From NCBI GenBank assembly GCA_016179945.1, contig JACPCE010000001.1:9202-73201 (forward strand): 64,000 nt of DNA, written 5' to 3'. The stretch's first letter is position 1. Every line of letters begins with the position of its first letter. The translations under genes and the position numbers were made by a program. The notes beneath the pieces were generated by a model. That model searched no databases and was not told the DNA's origin. It worked only from the letters and a program-made list of their open reading frames with translations. The stretch is from Candidatus Woesearchaeota archaeon (GTDB lineage Archaea > Nanobdellota > Nanobdellia > SCGC-AAA011-G17 > GW2011-AR18). Below are positions 39,251-49,475 of the stretch, one piece after another.

Positions 39251-39643
39251 TTAATAACAATAAGCTACAAGCTTACCTCCTATTCCTTTTTCTAAAGCCT
39301 TTTTGTATTCCACGACTCCGCTTGATGTTGTAACTATAAATAATCCAAAGCCTTTGGCAGGCAAATATCTTTTTTCAAACATCTCATAATTATCTTTTGT
39401 TATAGAAAATCTAGGCTTAACAACACCACAACCATTAATATTTCCTATGAGATTAACTTTAATAACTCCGCCACCATTCTTATCAACAACAGAATAATCT
39501 CCTATGTATTTATTGTCCTTCATAATATCAAGTACAGCCAATAAGATCTTTGAAATAGGTCTAATTAAGCAATCACTTTTCCCCTTTTTCTCACTATTAA
39601 AAATGTGAGACAAACAATTTGCTAATGGATCATTCAAGCTCAT
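39251..39643 (-). CDS. rps8: 30S ribosomal protein uS8
   Basis: NDPLAN, INGCGVVKPRF, EKRYLPA, TTSSG, GGKLVAY. Confidence 0.96.
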   Translation of the reverse strand: MSLNDPLANCLSHIFNSEKKGKSDCLIRPISKILLAVLDIMKDNKYIGDYSVVDKNGGGVIKVNLIGNINGCGVVKPRFSITKDNYEMFEKRYLPAKGFGLFIVTTSSGVVEYKKALEKGIGGKLVAYCY

Positions 39644-39651
39644 TTCTCCTC

Positions 39652-39882
39652 CTAACTAAATTTCTTAAATCCTATGTTCTGTGCATCCTCTCTAAAACAC
39701 ATCCTACATAAATGAATACCATAACTTCTAATGTGTGCACCAAACCTTCCGCACCTTCTACATTTTCTAAGACCTATGCCTGTAGTCCTGGATTTTGGTG
39801 AATTATGTTTCAAAAATTTTTTTAGTTTTACAGGACTAGATTCAAGTTGTCTAAATGCTTTCTTAAAATCTTTTGTTGTCAT
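39652..39882 (-). CDS. rps14: 30S ribosomal protein uS14
   Basis: CRRCG..LCRMCFRE..IGFKK zinc finger. Confidence 0.95.
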   Translation of the reverse strand: MTTKDFKKAFRQLESSPVKLKKFLKHNSPKSRTTGIGLRKCRRCGRFGAHIRSYGIHLCRMCFREDAQNIGFKKFS

Positions 39883-40394
39883 TCTTCATCACCCACTGAT
39901 ATGTTAAACTTGGATTTCATGAAATTTATGGCTTCGTCTTTATTTATTGCATGTTCAGAAGTAATTTTTTTCTTGGCTATAGCTCTCCTCTTTATTCTAA
40001 ACCCTGGTCTCATTAAAGTAACAGCAACTTCAAGCCCTATAACACCTATACTTGGATCATATTTAACAGAAGGAATATCAATATATTCTGGAATACCAAA
40101 GGAAAAATTCCCAAATTTGTCAAATTTTCTTTTTAATACTTTACCATCAACTGCTTGTAATAAATTAATTAAAAGTTGTTCAGCTTTTTCTCCCCTGACA
40201 GTAACTTTACAAGCTATTTGTAAATTTGGTCTTACACCCCATGTAGGAATTCTTTTATTGCTTGTAGTAGCAACTGGCTTTGCATCTGTAATATTCTTCA
40301 AAAGCTTCATTGCTTTATCAAGTTTATCACCAGGACTACCAACCCCTATGTTTAACGTAACTTTTTCTATCCTAATTTCTCTCATAATACTCAT
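39879..40394 (-). CDS. rpl5: 50S ribosomal protein uL5
   Basis: IEKVTLNIGVG, KVTVRG, GNFSFGIPEYIDIP, YDPSIG. Confidence 0.96.
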   Translation of the reverse strand: MSIMREIRIEKVTLNIGVGSPGDKLDKAMKLLKNITDAKPVATTSNKRIPTWGVRPNLQIACKVTVRGEKAEQLLINLLQAVDGKVLKRKFDKFGNFSFGIPEYIDIPSVKYDPSIGVIGLEVAVTLMRPGFRIKRRAIAKKKITSEHAINKDEAINFMKSKFNISVGDEE

Positions 40395-41107
40395 TTCTTA
40401 GCCTCCAAATTTATCTCGGGCTTGTCCTTACCTAAAACAAAAATATATTCAGCAAGAGTAATATATTCATTGCCATCAATATCAACAGTCACTTTTGGTT
40501 TTTGTAAGTCCTTTGATTTAATTACATTCTTGATTTTCCCCAATTTTCCAATATGCGAACCACCGCTTAGATAAACTAAAGAACCTTTTTCCAAGTTTAA
40601 TATTTTATTTATATTTTTCTTATCAAAATCAAATAATACACTATCTCCAATCTTACCGTTAAATTTATCTAGCAAAATATTTCTTCCGTCATGGAATGTC
40701 AACTGTAATTTTCCTCCCTTTACTGCACTTTTTCTTATAATTTTTAATAATTTCAACTTGGCTTCATCTTTCTTAATTGAAATCAAAGAAAATTTTCCTT
40801 TATTATTATAAGTAATCCTATAAAATTCTTTAAGTTTGGGAATCTCAATTACATCCATCAGACCAACAGGGAACTTGCTTTCCTTTCTGACAATATTGTC
40901 AATTAAAACATCACCATCATTTAAAATCTTTCTAACTTCCTTGGCAGTTTTAGCATACTCTAAAATATTATTCAATAAAAAAGACAAAGTAAAACTATGA
41001 TTTAATGAATGTGGTCCAGGCATAGGTCTTGCTATCCATTTATTTGTTTTTCTCTTCAAAGACCAGCTGTTTGGTGCTGCAATTCTTGACAAGTGATTTT
41101 GTACCAT
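40391..41107 (-). CDS. rps4e: 30S ribosomal protein S4e
   Basis: HLSRIAAP, PGPH, FPVGLMDV, HDGRN, GGSHIG. Confidence 0.96.
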   Translation of the reverse strand: MVQNHLSRIAAPNSWSLKRKTNKWIARPMPGPHSLNHSFTLSFLLNNILEYAKTAKEVRKILNDGDVLIDNIVRKESKFPVGLMDVIEIPKLKEFYRITYNNKGKFSLISIKKDEAKLKLLKIIRKSAVKGGKLQLTFHDGRNILLDKFNGKIGDSVLFDFDKKNINKILNLEKGSLVYLSGGSHIGKLGKIKNVIKSKDLQKPKVTVDIDGNEYITLAEYIFVLGKDKPEINLEAKK

Positions 41108-41109
41108 TT

Positions 41110-41487
41110 TTATTTCCTCTCCAGTGCTTTCTTCCTCAATTTATCATCCAAATTTAATTCCATAATCATAAGATTAGATGGGTGTATTTTAACAGGAATT
41201 TTATTGCCATCTTTTTTTACAATAAAAACATCTTCCAAATAAACGCTTTTATTTTTTAAATTTACTTCACTAATTTTTACAAGTTTGCCCTTAAATTGTC
41301 CAGTCATAACTTTAATTCTATCACCTGTTCTAATTGGAAAATTTCTCTTACCATATTTTTGCTTTAAATCCTTGTTCAATCTTACACTCATTAGTTTTCT
41401 AGCTATATGTAAAGGTGCATTGATTGCATACTTTCTCTGCTTTCTGGGATTTTTACTTTTGATCCAGTGTTTAGTCCATTCTTTCAT
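41110..41487 (-). CDS. rpl24: 50S ribosomal protein uL24
   Basis: PRKQRK..NAPLH, GDRIKVMTGQFKG, IHPSNL; ATG 41487. Confidence 0.96.
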   Translation of the reverse strand: MKEWTKHWIKSKNPRKQRKYAINAPLHIARKLMSVRLNKDLKQKYGKRNFPIRTGDRIKVMTGQFKGKLVKISEVNLKNKSVYLEDVFIVKKDGNKIPVKIHPSNLMIMELNLDDKLRKKALERK

Positions 41488-41492
41488 TTTTC

Positions 41493-41894
41493 TCAAACAA
41501 CCATTTTAGCTATCTTTGCTACTGCAGGCCACCTGCCAACTACTTCCCTAGCAATAGGGCCTTTAATCAAAGTACCTTTTGGATTTCCTTTATCATCTTT
41601 AAGTACAACTGCGGCATTATCTTGAAACTTTATTCTCATTCCATCAGATCTTCTATATTCTTTTTTCTGCCTGACAATAACAGCATTAACAACTTTTTTT
41701 CTCATTTCAGGATTTCCATCTCTTACTGAAGCAGTTATAAAATCACCAACACCGCCTCTTGGGTTTCTTCCTTTAACGCCTTTCCCGCCTCTAAAAGAAA
41801 TTATAAATAAACTCTTAGCGCCAGAGTTATCACAAGCAATAAGATAACTTCCTCTTTGCAGGCCTTTGGTAATCTTTGCTTTTACTGCTTTCAT
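41493..41894 (-). CDS. rpl14: 50S ribosomal protein uL14
   Basis: CDNSGAK, AVIVRQKKEYRR, FQDNAAV, GPIARE. Confidence 0.97.
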   Translation of the reverse strand: MKAVKAKITKGLQRGSYLIACDNSGAKSLFIISFRGGKGVKGRNPRGGVGDFITASVRDGNPEMRKKVVNAVIVRQKKEYRRSDGMRIKFQDNAAVVLKDDKGNPKGTLIKGPIAREVVGRWPAVAKIAKMVV

Positions 41895-42220
41895 CCTAAC
41901 CTCTCAACAATCACAAAATTCTTTGTTTTGCTTATTGGTCTTGTTTCAACAATTCTAACTTTATCTCCAACTTTTATATTCATGCACAAAGGATTATGAA
42001 CTTGAAGCTTACTGTACCTTTTTTCATATCTTTGATACTTAGGCAAGTAATGCAACTTTTCCCATTCAATAACAGCTGTTTTCTGAGAATTTGTTCTAGT
42101 AACTACTCCAACAAACTCTCTTCCTCTAATTTTCAATCCCCCATGAAAAGCGCAATGCCTGTCACTACATTCAGATTTCGGATTTTCAACTTGTATTCCT
42201 ATATCTATAACTTTACTCAT
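41891..42220 (-). CDS. rps17: 30S ribosomal protein uS17
   Basis: CSDRHCAFHG, KYQRYEKR, ETRPISKTKNFV. Confidence 0.96.
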   Translation of the reverse strand: MSKVIDIGIQVENPKSECSDRHCAFHGGLKIRGREFVGVVTRTNSQKTAVIEWEKLHYLPKYQRYEKRYSKLQVHNPLCMNIKVGDKVRIVETRPISKTKNFVIVERLG

Positions 42221-42468
42221 TTTTACTTGCCACCTTATTCAATCTATCTTCAGGTCTTCCAACCAAAAGTTTTCCATCTATAGTAAATGATTTATTTTCT
42301 CTTCCAATCGTAATTGCAATTTGTTTTTTTTCTACCATTTTACCATTATCAAGCACAATCATATCTTTAGTTTCATCCACCACTTCTCCCTCTAATGCCT
42401 ATCAAAGTCCTGTTACAAGAGTCAACAACTCTTACAACACTTCCTATAAGCTCACCCTTATACATCAT
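42213..42468 (-). pseudogene. rnp1: RNase P protein component 1 (Rpp29) with a single-base insertion near 42394
   Basis: MMYKGELIGSVVRVVDS..LIGI then, one base shifted, EGEVVDETKDM...IDGKLLVGRPEDRL; span 256 nt = 3n+1; syntenic position. Confidence 0.88.
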
Positions 42469-42785
42469 TAGCGTATACCTATTTTGATAATTATTGAATT
42501 TTCATTAAATCCAAGTTTGACAAGTTCTGATTTGACTTTTTCAACATGACTTCCTTGCAATTCAATAATGTTATTTTTTGAAGTACCGCCACAAGCAAGT
42601 TTGGTTTTCAACTTTTTGGTAAGGTCTTTTATATCTATTGATTTTTCATCAAGCCCCTCAACTGTTGTCGCCAACTTGCCAAACCTACGCTTAACAACAC
42701 TTATTGTTATTTTCTGTTCTTCTCTTGCAAGCGTTTGGCAGACGCAAAGGTCTTTAGGCAAACCACATACATTGCATACTTCCAT
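42468..42785 (-). CDS. Translation initiation factor aIF1/SUI1
   Basis: CNVCGLPKDLCVC, KRRFGK, LKTKLACGGT, IELQG. Confidence 0.95.
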   Translation of the reverse strand: MEVCNVCGLPKDLCVCQTLAREEQKITISVVKRRFGKLATTVEGLDEKSIDIKDLTKKLKTKLACGGTSKNNIIELQGSHVEKVKSELVKLGFNENSIIIKIGIR

Positions 42786-42789
42786 GCCT

Positions 42790-43005
42790 TTAACTTTCAC
42801 CTCCAACTTCTAATTTTTTATTTAACATTGTTAAAATTCTAGCGATATTTCTTTTCAAAGACCTTATTTTTCCAGGATTTTCAGGAGGAGTGCCTCTAGC
42901 AACTTGTGATTGAAGTTTCATTAGTTCTTTATTTAACTCTTCAATTTTAGTTTTCAAATTTTCTTTACTCATTCCTTTCAACTCACTTTTCCTCAGTACT
43001 GGCAT
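42790..43005 (-). CDS. rpl29: 50S ribosomal protein uL29
   Basis: ENPGKIRSLKRNIARILT; ATG 43005. Confidence 0.94.
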   Translation of the reverse strand: MPVLRKSELKGMSKENLKTKIEELNKELMKLQSQVARGTPPENPGKIRSLKRNIARILTMLNKKLEVGGES

Positions 43006-43645
43006 CTTCCTTCTTCTCCTGCTTTGCTTCAACAACGTTTTCCTTATTATCTTTAATTTTTACATCGTCAGGCAAAACAACCTCTGGATGTAATATACTT
43101 ACTTTAATACCTATAGTTCCGCTCCTTAAATTGCATGATTCATAAGATCTGTCAATAAAATTAGCAGAAATATCTCCGGATTTTTTCAAATATCCTGCAG
43201 AAAATCTCCAACTCTTAGCTCTCTCGCTTGGAACGCCCCTTCCACCAATAACTATTTCTATACCTCTAGCTCCAGCTTTCAAAGCATCTTCCAAAGCCCT
43301 GTAAGCCATTGCTTTAAATCTCTTAGGACCAAACCTTTCAAATCCACTTATCAAAGACCTAGCAACAGAGGCTGCATCAATATAAGGGTTAGTAATCTCA
43401 ACAACCTCAAGTTGTGGATTTTCCATATTGAATTTAGACTTTAATAAATCAGTAAGTCTTTTTATATTTGTACCTTTTTTTCCAACAATCATTCCAGGCC
43501 TAGAGGTATAAACACTTATTTTTTCTCCTAATGGTGTTCTCTGCATAACTATGTGACTGCAACTAACTTTTCCTAAATAACTAAAAACAAAAGATTCTAT
43601 TTCTTTCTCCTTAACCTTTTGTGCAACTATTTGTCTTTCAATCAT
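42983..43645 (-). CDS. rps3: 30S ribosomal protein uS3
   Basis: RTPLG, RPGMIVGKKG, GARGIEI, GYLKKSG. Confidence 0.96.
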   Translation of the reverse strand: MIERQIVAQKVKEKEIESFVFSYLGKVSCSHIVMQRTPLGEKISVYTSRPGMIVGKKGTNIKRLTDLLKSKFNMENPQLEVVEITNPYIDAASVARSLISGFERFGPKRFKAMAYRALEDALKAGARGIEIVIGGRGVPSERAKSWRFSAGYLKKSGDISANFIDRSYESCNLRSGTIGIKVSILHPEVVLPDDVKIKDNKENVVEAKQEKKEDASTEEK

Positions 43646-44079
43646 TTTTTAACCTCTTTAATTTCAGTACTTTTCTCTTCAACAGTTATTTCAACATGTG
43701 TATTCTTCATCTTTGCTTTTCCTTTTCTACCGTAATGCCACCTTGCTTCTCCCTTGTCAGCCTTGGCGTGAGTCACAAATAAATTATTAACATTCAAACC
43801 TTTATTCTCAGCATTAGCCTCTACAGAATCAAACAATTTCAAAAACATCTTGCTGGCATTAATAGGATATCTTCCAGAAGCCATTCCAGGTTTGTGTCCC
43901 AAATCTGCATTAAATCTTGTAATTGGTATTGCTCTCTTCATACTAACAACATCATTCAACATTCTTCTTGCTTTAGACAATTCCTTGTTTCTTATTAATC
44001 TACAAATTTCTATAGACATCTTTGTAGATATGGGCAAAGATTTTCCATTAACCACTGCTGTATTAATTTTATTATTCAT
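43642..44079 (-). CDS. rpl22: 50S ribosomal protein uL22
   Basis: [28 protein letters not shown]. Confidence 0.96.
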   Translation of the reverse strand: MNNKINTAVVNGKSLPISTKMSIEICRLIRNKELSKARRMLNDVVSMKRAIPITRFNADLGHKPGMASGRYPINASKMFLKLFDSVEANAENKGLNVNNLFVTHAKADKGEARWHYGRKGKAKMKNTHVEITVEEKSTEIKEVKK

Positions 44080-44474
44080 TTTACACTCATAGCAGCACTT
44101 GATTTTGTTGCACCTATACCAGGAGCACTGTGCTCTACTTTCTTTCTAGTTGTTGTAAACTCTCCCAAATATTTTCCCAATTTTTCATAAGTAATTTCTA
44201 CTGGAATAAATTCTTTCCCATTATAAACATGAATATTGGTACCAAGTAATTGTGGAATTACAATCATATTTCTGCAATGTGTTTTTATTGGTTTCTTAAA
44301 TTTACCAGCTTGTGCATTTTTTACTTTTAGTAATAACTTTTTTTGAGCATCTGTAAATCCTCTCTTCAAAGTTCTTCTAGCTCTTGAAGGAACAAGTTTT
44401 ATAAAATCATTAAGGTCCATATTCTTTAGTTCATCTAAACTCTTTCCTCTGTATGTTGATTCTTTCTTAGCCAT
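44076..44474 (-). CDS. rps19: 30S ribosomal protein uS19
   Basis: [35 protein letters not shown]. Confidence 0.96.
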   Translation of the reverse strand: MAKKESTYRGKSLDELKNMDLNDFIKLVPSRARRTLKRGFTDAQKKLLLKVKNAQAGKFKKPIKTHCRNMIVIPQLLGTNIHVYNGKEFIPVEITYEKLGKYLGEFTTTRKKVEHSAPGIGATKSSAAMSVK

Positions 44475-44475
44475 T

Positions 44476-45189
44476 TTATCTTATCCTACCTGTTCTTCTA
44501 GGTCTAACTAAACCTACCTTCCTTCCTGGAGGTGCATTTCTAGGAGCAATGTTTGGTTTTCCCATATGCCTACCTCTGCCAGATCCAAAAGGATGTTCAA
44601 CAGCATTCATAGCAACAGCTGAGACAATAGGATATAATCTTCCTTTGGCTCTCATTGCATGCCATCTGTTTCCAGCTTTAATAAATGGTTTATCAGTTCT
44701 GCCTCCACCGCTTACAACACCAATAGTAGCTCTGCAATTAATATGAAATTCTTTCTCTTTCTTGCTCGGCATTAAAATCTTAACTTTATCACCTGTTTTT
44801 GCAAGAACTCTGGCAAAAGTTCCTGATGATCTTACAAATTTTCCACCATCACCAAGCTTGCTCTCAATATTGTAAACTAATGTACCTTCTGGAATTTCAG
44901 ATAATTGCATTGTGTTTCCAACTTTTATTTCTGCTTTCTTTCCTGTAGCAACAATATCACCAACAGCAATTCCCTCTGGTGCAATAATATAAGAGTAATT
45001 ACCATCTTCATACTGTATTAAAGCTAAAGGAGCAGTATGGCTTGTACTATGAAGTATCTCAACAACCTTGCCAAAGTAAGATTTATCATCAAGGGTTTTA
45101 TGTTTTGCTTCTGCAAAATATCTATGACTAGGTGCAATAAACCTTCTTGTTGCTCTTCCTCTTCTCTGTGAAATTATTCTTTTTCCCAT
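44476..45189 (-). CDS. rpl2: 50S ribosomal protein uL2
   Basis: [39 protein letters not shown]. Confidence 0.97.
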   Translation of the reverse strand: MGKRIISQRRGRATRRFIAPSHRYFAEAKHKTLDDKSYFGKVVEILHSTSHTAPLALIQYEDGNYSYIIAPEGIAVGDIVATGKKAEIKVGNTMQLSEIPEGTLVYNIESKLGDGGKFVRSSGTFARVLAKTGDKVKILMPSKKEKEFHINCRATIGVVSGGGRTDKPFIKAGNRWHAMRAKGRLYPIVSAVAMNAVEHPFGSGRGRHMGKPNIAPRNAPPGRKVGLVRPRRTGRIR

Positions 45190-45441
45190 TTACATCAATC
45201 CCAACCTAGTCATTACATCAATAGCTGGATAAGCAGCAGTTAATTTAACATACGCTCTCTTCTCTCCTTTATTTGTAACAAAAGTATTAACTTTATCAAC
45301 TTTAACATCAAAAGCAGCTTCAACAGCTTTTTTTACATCTTCCTTTTTAGCTTTCATATCTACGACAAACAAAAGTTTGTTATCTTTGTCCATTAACCTA
45401 ACTACTTTTTCAGTTGCCAGAGGATATTTTAGAACTTTCAT
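45190..45441 (-). CDS. rpl23: 50S ribosomal protein uL23
   Basis: PLATEK, NKLLFVV, VKVDKVNT, KRAYVKL. Confidence 0.96.
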   Translation of the reverse strand: MKVLKYPLATEKVVRLMDKDNKLLFVVDMKAKKEDVKKAVEAAFDVKVDKVNTFVTNKGEKRAYVKLTAAYPAIDVMTRLGLM

Positions 45442-46208
45442 TTTTTAGCACCTAAAAACAATTTCTCGTTAGTTAATAAATTAATTGCACCCTCAGTAAA
45501 TATACAAGGTCTTGGCAAACCATAACCTAAAGATAGCAATGACGCATTCAAGCTTTTTACATCAATAGTATCATACCCAGCTAAATTAGATATTGCTTTA
45601 ATAACATCACAATTCTTTGTAACAACAACTAAAGGATTTTTCTTGTATCTTATTGCTCTTCCTCTTGATTTTGCTTTTCCAGAATTCTTCCTTTTTACAG
45701 CTTGTGTATCAAAACCTAAAATAGTCAAAACATTTTTCACATCTTTAGCCTTCTTCAAATTCTCAAATTTATCTTCAACAACTAATAATTTACTTTTTTG
45801 AACAACTCCAGACATTGCACTTCTTATTGCTTTTTTTCTCTCTTTATTATTTATTTTTTGATCCCAAATTTTGGTGGATTTTGGCGGATGTGCTCTTCTT
45901 CCACCAACAGTGCCTGGAGAAATTGCTCCTACCCATCCAAACTGCATTCCTCTTCTCCACATAGTCTTTCTAGAAACTCTAGAAATACCTTTACCATAAG
46001 CACCTTTGTAGTCTCTTCTTCTCCTTGATAATTTAGCAGAATAACCCTGTCCTGCCTTAGGCATTGTTCCATATGGTTGCCTTTTATGACTAAATATTAC
46101 CAAAACAGCCCTATTAACTAGGTCAGGTTCATAATCATCATTAAATTGTACTGGTAATTCAATAGGCTTCAACTTTTTTCCATCTAAAGATAAAACATCT
46201 ACTTTCAT
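45438..46208 (-). CDS. rpl4: 50S ribosomal protein uL4
   Basis: RQPYG, PGTVGGRRAHPPK, KINNKER. Confidence 0.96.
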   Translation of the reverse strand: MKVDVLSLDGKKLKPIELPVQFNDDYEPDLVNRAVLVIFSHKRQPYGTMPKAGQGYSAKLSRRRRDYKGAYGKGISRVSRKTMWRRGMQFGWVGAISPGTVGGRRAHPPKSTKIWDQKINNKERKKAIRSAMSGVVQKSKLLVVEDKFENLKKAKDVKNVLTILGFDTQAVKRKNSGKAKSRGRAIRYKKNPLVVVTKNCDVIKAISNLAGYDTIDVKSLNASLLSLGYGLPRPCIFTEGAINLLTNEKLFLGAKK

Positions 46209-47191
46209 TGTTTGCTCTCCAAGCTTACATTTTGTAATTCAACACCATGCCCAAAACCTTTAGTCCCTCTAATAGATTCTGTCATAGTAATAAGCCTTCT
46301 AACATGTCCAGGAACGCTACCTTTTATTAATACATAATCATTTTTAACTAAACCATAATGTAAAAAACCACCTTTAGGATTTACTTTTTCAGGCTTATCA
46401 CCTACAAATACAACATCTTTATTATATTCTGTTCTTAAATTAAAACCCATTCTACCAGGCATAATCATTCCCCAAAGTATTTTGCTAGGAATAGTTGGAC
46501 CATAAATATTTGTTCTTCTTTTTTTCTCTGTTTTATGCCCCATTAAATGTACTCCAAATCTTTTGACTACACCTTGAAAACCCTTACCTCTTGTAACTGC
46601 ATGTATATCTATCTTGTTTCCCTGCTTCAAAACATCAGAAACTCTTACTTCCTTTCCCAACAAGCCAACAACATAATCAAACTTTTCCTTAACATTATTA
46701 CCTCCAACACCAAGTTCAAAAATTTCAGGCTTTTTCTTCCCAATGCCTGTCTTATTTGGCTGGGTATAAACACAAACCCTCAAATCATCAAACTGATCTA
46801 ATTTGGAGGAAACGTCTTTTAACTTTGGTTCTATATCCTTCTTGGATAACTTGACTTTTCTAGAAAGTTCTTTATCTAATCTACCATTAATAATTTCAAA
46901 TACAACTTTTAAACCATACTGTGTTTTCTTATAAAACCTTAAAGAAAAAATCTTAATAGTTGGGCACTCAATAACTGTAACAGGCCAGACAATATTATCT
47001 CCTTTTGTTAATGAACTTGGCCTGCTATCTTTGACAGCAACATGAGTCATTCCTGCCTTATAACCAACAAATCCTAACAAACCTATATTTTTTGACTTAA
47101 CCCAGGATTTTACTTTAGCATATGGTTTTTTAGCTTTCTTTCTAGGCCAAAACTGCAAACTTCCATGCCTGGGTCTTCTTATTTTTGCCAT
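46205..47191 (-). CDS. rpl3: 50S ribosomal protein uL3
   Basis: RPRHGSLQFWPRK, GYKAGMTH, GKGFQGVVKR, GGFLHYG, KGSVPG. Confidence 0.97.
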   Translation of the reverse strand: MAKIRRPRHGSLQFWPRKKAKKPYAKVKSWVKSKNIGLLGFVGYKAGMTHVAVKDSRPSSLTKGDNIVWPVTVIECPTIKIFSLRFYKKTQYGLKVVFEIINGRLDKELSRKVKLSKKDIEPKLKDVSSKLDQFDDLRVCVYTQPNKTGIGKKKPEIFELGVGGNNVKEKFDYVVGLLGKEVRVSDVLKQGNKIDIHAVTRGKGFQGVVKRFGVHLMGHKTEKKRRTNIYGPTIPSKILWGMIMPGRMGFNLRTEYNKDVVFVGDKPEKVNPKGGFLHYGLVKNDYVLIKGSVPGHVRRLITMTESIRGTKGFGHGVELQNVSLESKQ

Positions 47192-47393
47192 TTGTTAGAT
47201 TGCAACCTTTATTGCTTTTATAAAGTTTTCTTCCAAAACACATCTTCTACAAATTAATTGCTAGAATCAGCGGCTTCTTATTATGCATCAGTAGGGTAGA
47301 AAAAGAATTTTAGGTTAATTTATAAATATTTGTATAAGCTAAAAACAATTACCAAAAGCTTTATAAAATAGTTACTACTAAATAATAACTACA

Positions 47394-47951
47394 ATGTCTA
47401 AAATAACTGACTGGTTAAGGTATGGAGCATTTGTCTTAGGGTCAACTATAGGTTTCACAGGTGCAAATGACTTCTGGGCTGCAAAGGGGGACTTACAGGT
47501 CTTAGATTGGTTGCCAAGTAGAAGTACATATCAAGAAGCAAGAAAAACTGATGCAAGAAAAATGCTTGGAAATCATGTAATTTTAGGTGTTTTAGAACTG
47601 GGAGCAGCAGCAGGCTTGCTTTACGCATCAAGAAAGAAAAATGGTAATGTACCTCAAATATCATTTCAAGGTTATTGTCTTGGTGTTGGAGGTCTAGCAT
47701 TATTAAGTGTTGGTGGAAATGAATTTTGGTATGCAAGAGAAAGAGGACAAGCAGCAGAAGCCATTGTAGGACCAAACTTAAGATTTACAAAACAAGAAAG
47801 AAAACAACTTATGGATGAAATGTTGACAAACTTAACATATGGGGCACTAGAAGTTGCTTTAGGTGGTGCATTTCTATATGGTGCAAGTAAATCAAACAAC
47901 AATCAAGGCAATCAAATAAATTCTCAACAAGGAAGACCTACAAGAATTTAA
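47394..47951 (+). CDS. Membrane protein built from two internal repeats
   Basis: GANDFW...GVLELGAAAGLLYAS repeated as GGNEFW...GALEVALGGAFLYGAS. Confidence 0.6.
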   Translation: MSKITDWLRYGAFVLGSTIGFTGANDFWAAKGDLQVLDWLPSRSTYQEARKTDARKMLGNHVILGVLELGAAAGLLYASRKKNGNVPQISFQGYCLGVGGLALLSVGGNEFWYARERGQAAEAIVGPNLRFTKQERKQLMDEMLTNLTYGALEVALGGAFLYGASKSNNNQGNQINSQQGRPTRI

Positions 47952-48365
47952 TCACTTCATCTTCTTTGTGACGTCAATACTTTTTCCGCATTTAGAACAT
48001 TGAAATCTAACAGATTCAGCTGTTACTTGCTTCTGGGTTTCCTCATCAAAAACTTTTACTTTTTTTCTCTTAAATGGAATTTGAACTTCTCCAGTAAATT
48101 CGCAATGAGGACAAACATACTTGCTTTCAAATGTTAAAGTATCTTCATATTCTTCTTTTTGTGCAGTATATTTGCAATTAGGACAAACATATTCTGTTGC
48201 TCTGATTTTTATTTTCCCTTTGTCTCGTGGTTTTCCCATTAAGGCCTTATTACATTTAGGACAGTTTTGCCTGTAAACCCAGGCTCTTATTTTTCCCTTT
48301 TCTCCAAGATTCCTATTTGTAAAATAAACACATTCATCCATTGATGCTGGTTCTTTTAATGCCAT
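47952..48365 (-). CDS. Multi zinc-ribbon protein
   Basis: Four CxxC pairs (CPKC, CPNC, CPHC, CSKC). Confidence 0.75.
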   Translation of the reverse strand: MALKEPASMDECVYFTNRNLGEKGKIRAWVYRQNCPKCNKALMGKPRDKGKIKIRATEYVCPNCKYTAQKEEYEDTLTFESKYVCPHCEFTGEVQIPFKRKKVKVFDEETQKQVTAESVRFQCSKCGKSIDVTKKMK

Positions 48366-48393
48366 TTTATATTTAGAATAATCCTTATTTATA

Positions 48394-48498
48394 TTACTTA
48401 CTCATCATTTCTTTGTATTTCTTTTCACCAAATAAAACCCAGTATATTACAAACAAGAATATTATTATCAATATTAAAATTAACCAAGGGCTTAACAT
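48394..48498 (-). CDS. Small single-TM protein, 34 aa (missing from ORF track)
   Basis: MLSPWLILILIIIFLFVIYWVLFGEKKYKEMMSK; TATA-like TTTTAAAA upstream. Confidence 0.5.
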   Translation of the reverse strand: MLSPWLILILIIIFLFVIYWVLFGEKKYKEMMSK

Positions 48499-48533
48499 AA
48501 AAGAATAAAAATTTTCTTTTTTAAAAAGCTTTC

Positions 48534-48941
48534 CTAGTCAGACCAAACTAAAATAAACATAAGTATTGTAGATAATGGCAATAAATTTGTTATGAAAGCA
48601 AATTGTGGGAAAAGCCACACACCAACTAAAGCTTCTGCTGCTGCCAAAATTGCAAAAAGCTTAGACATATGATGTCCCCTCTTAGCAAACACCCAGAATA
48701 ATACAAATGCACCTATTGCAGATGCAATATCTAAGTAAGGATTATTATAAGCTAGTAAATCTAAGGCATCTATAATAATCGCCAAAGGAATTTTCCACAT
48801 ATCAACTGCTATGTCTAAAAAATGTTTAATGGAAAATAAAATAACCAACAATAATAAAACACCAAAAACAACCCATCCTAAAGTAACAGGTTCACTAACA
48901 GCTTGAACGACAAAACCAGTTATATCACCAAAACTAACCAT
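48534..48941 (-). CDS. Hypothetical membrane protein
   Basis: Several hydrophobic helices. Confidence 0.6.
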   Translation of the reverse strand: MVSFGDITGFVVQAVSEPVTLGWVVFGVLLLLVILFSIKHFLDIAVDMWKIPLAIIIDALDLLAYNNPYLDIASAIGAFVLFWVFAKRGHHMSKLFAILAAAEALVGVWLFPQFAFITNLLPLSTILMFILVWSD

Positions 48942-49014
48942 AGTTCTAAAGATATATAGTTATTTTAATAGTTTTCTAATTATAATTTTTATATCAAAAG
49001 ACAAGAATCCACAA

Positions 49015-49347
49015 TTATTTAGGATCTTCAACTTTAATTGCATAAGTATGGCCTTGATAACAAAAACCTAAATATCTTCCTTCTGGACTTATGAAATATG
49101 AAGCATTTAGATATTCTGGTGGATCAACTCTGAGTATATTTTTTGTATCCCTCGGCATTAATACTAAACCCAAGGAATTATCACCATAAAAACCTAAATC
49201 GTCTGGTTGATCTTTGGCTATTGCTATCTCTAACAATGAATCAGGAAGAACTTCTAATGCTTTTTCCAAAATAGGCACAGGGGTTCTGCTCCCAACAAGC
49301 AACACTTTTGCGCCAAACTTTCTTACTAACTTCGTTTCTACTGTCAT
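49015..49347 (-). CDS. Hypothetical protein
   Basis: 110 aa ORF with upstream TATA-like box. Confidence 0.5.
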   Translation of the reverse strand: MTVETKLVRKFGAKVLLVGSRTPVPILEKALEVLPDSLLEIAIAKDQPDDLGFYGDNSLGLVLMPRDTKNILRVDPPEYLNASYFISPEGRYLGFCYQGHTYAIKVEDPK

Positions 49348-49475
49348 ATAAATTTAAAACAAAGATAAAAATTTAAAAGGTTAACTATCTTTTATTAATT
49401 TTATTTTGATAATATAGCAATAGAATTTGACATTAAAATCAAACAGTTTATAAAATATAAATTTATTAATTTATT

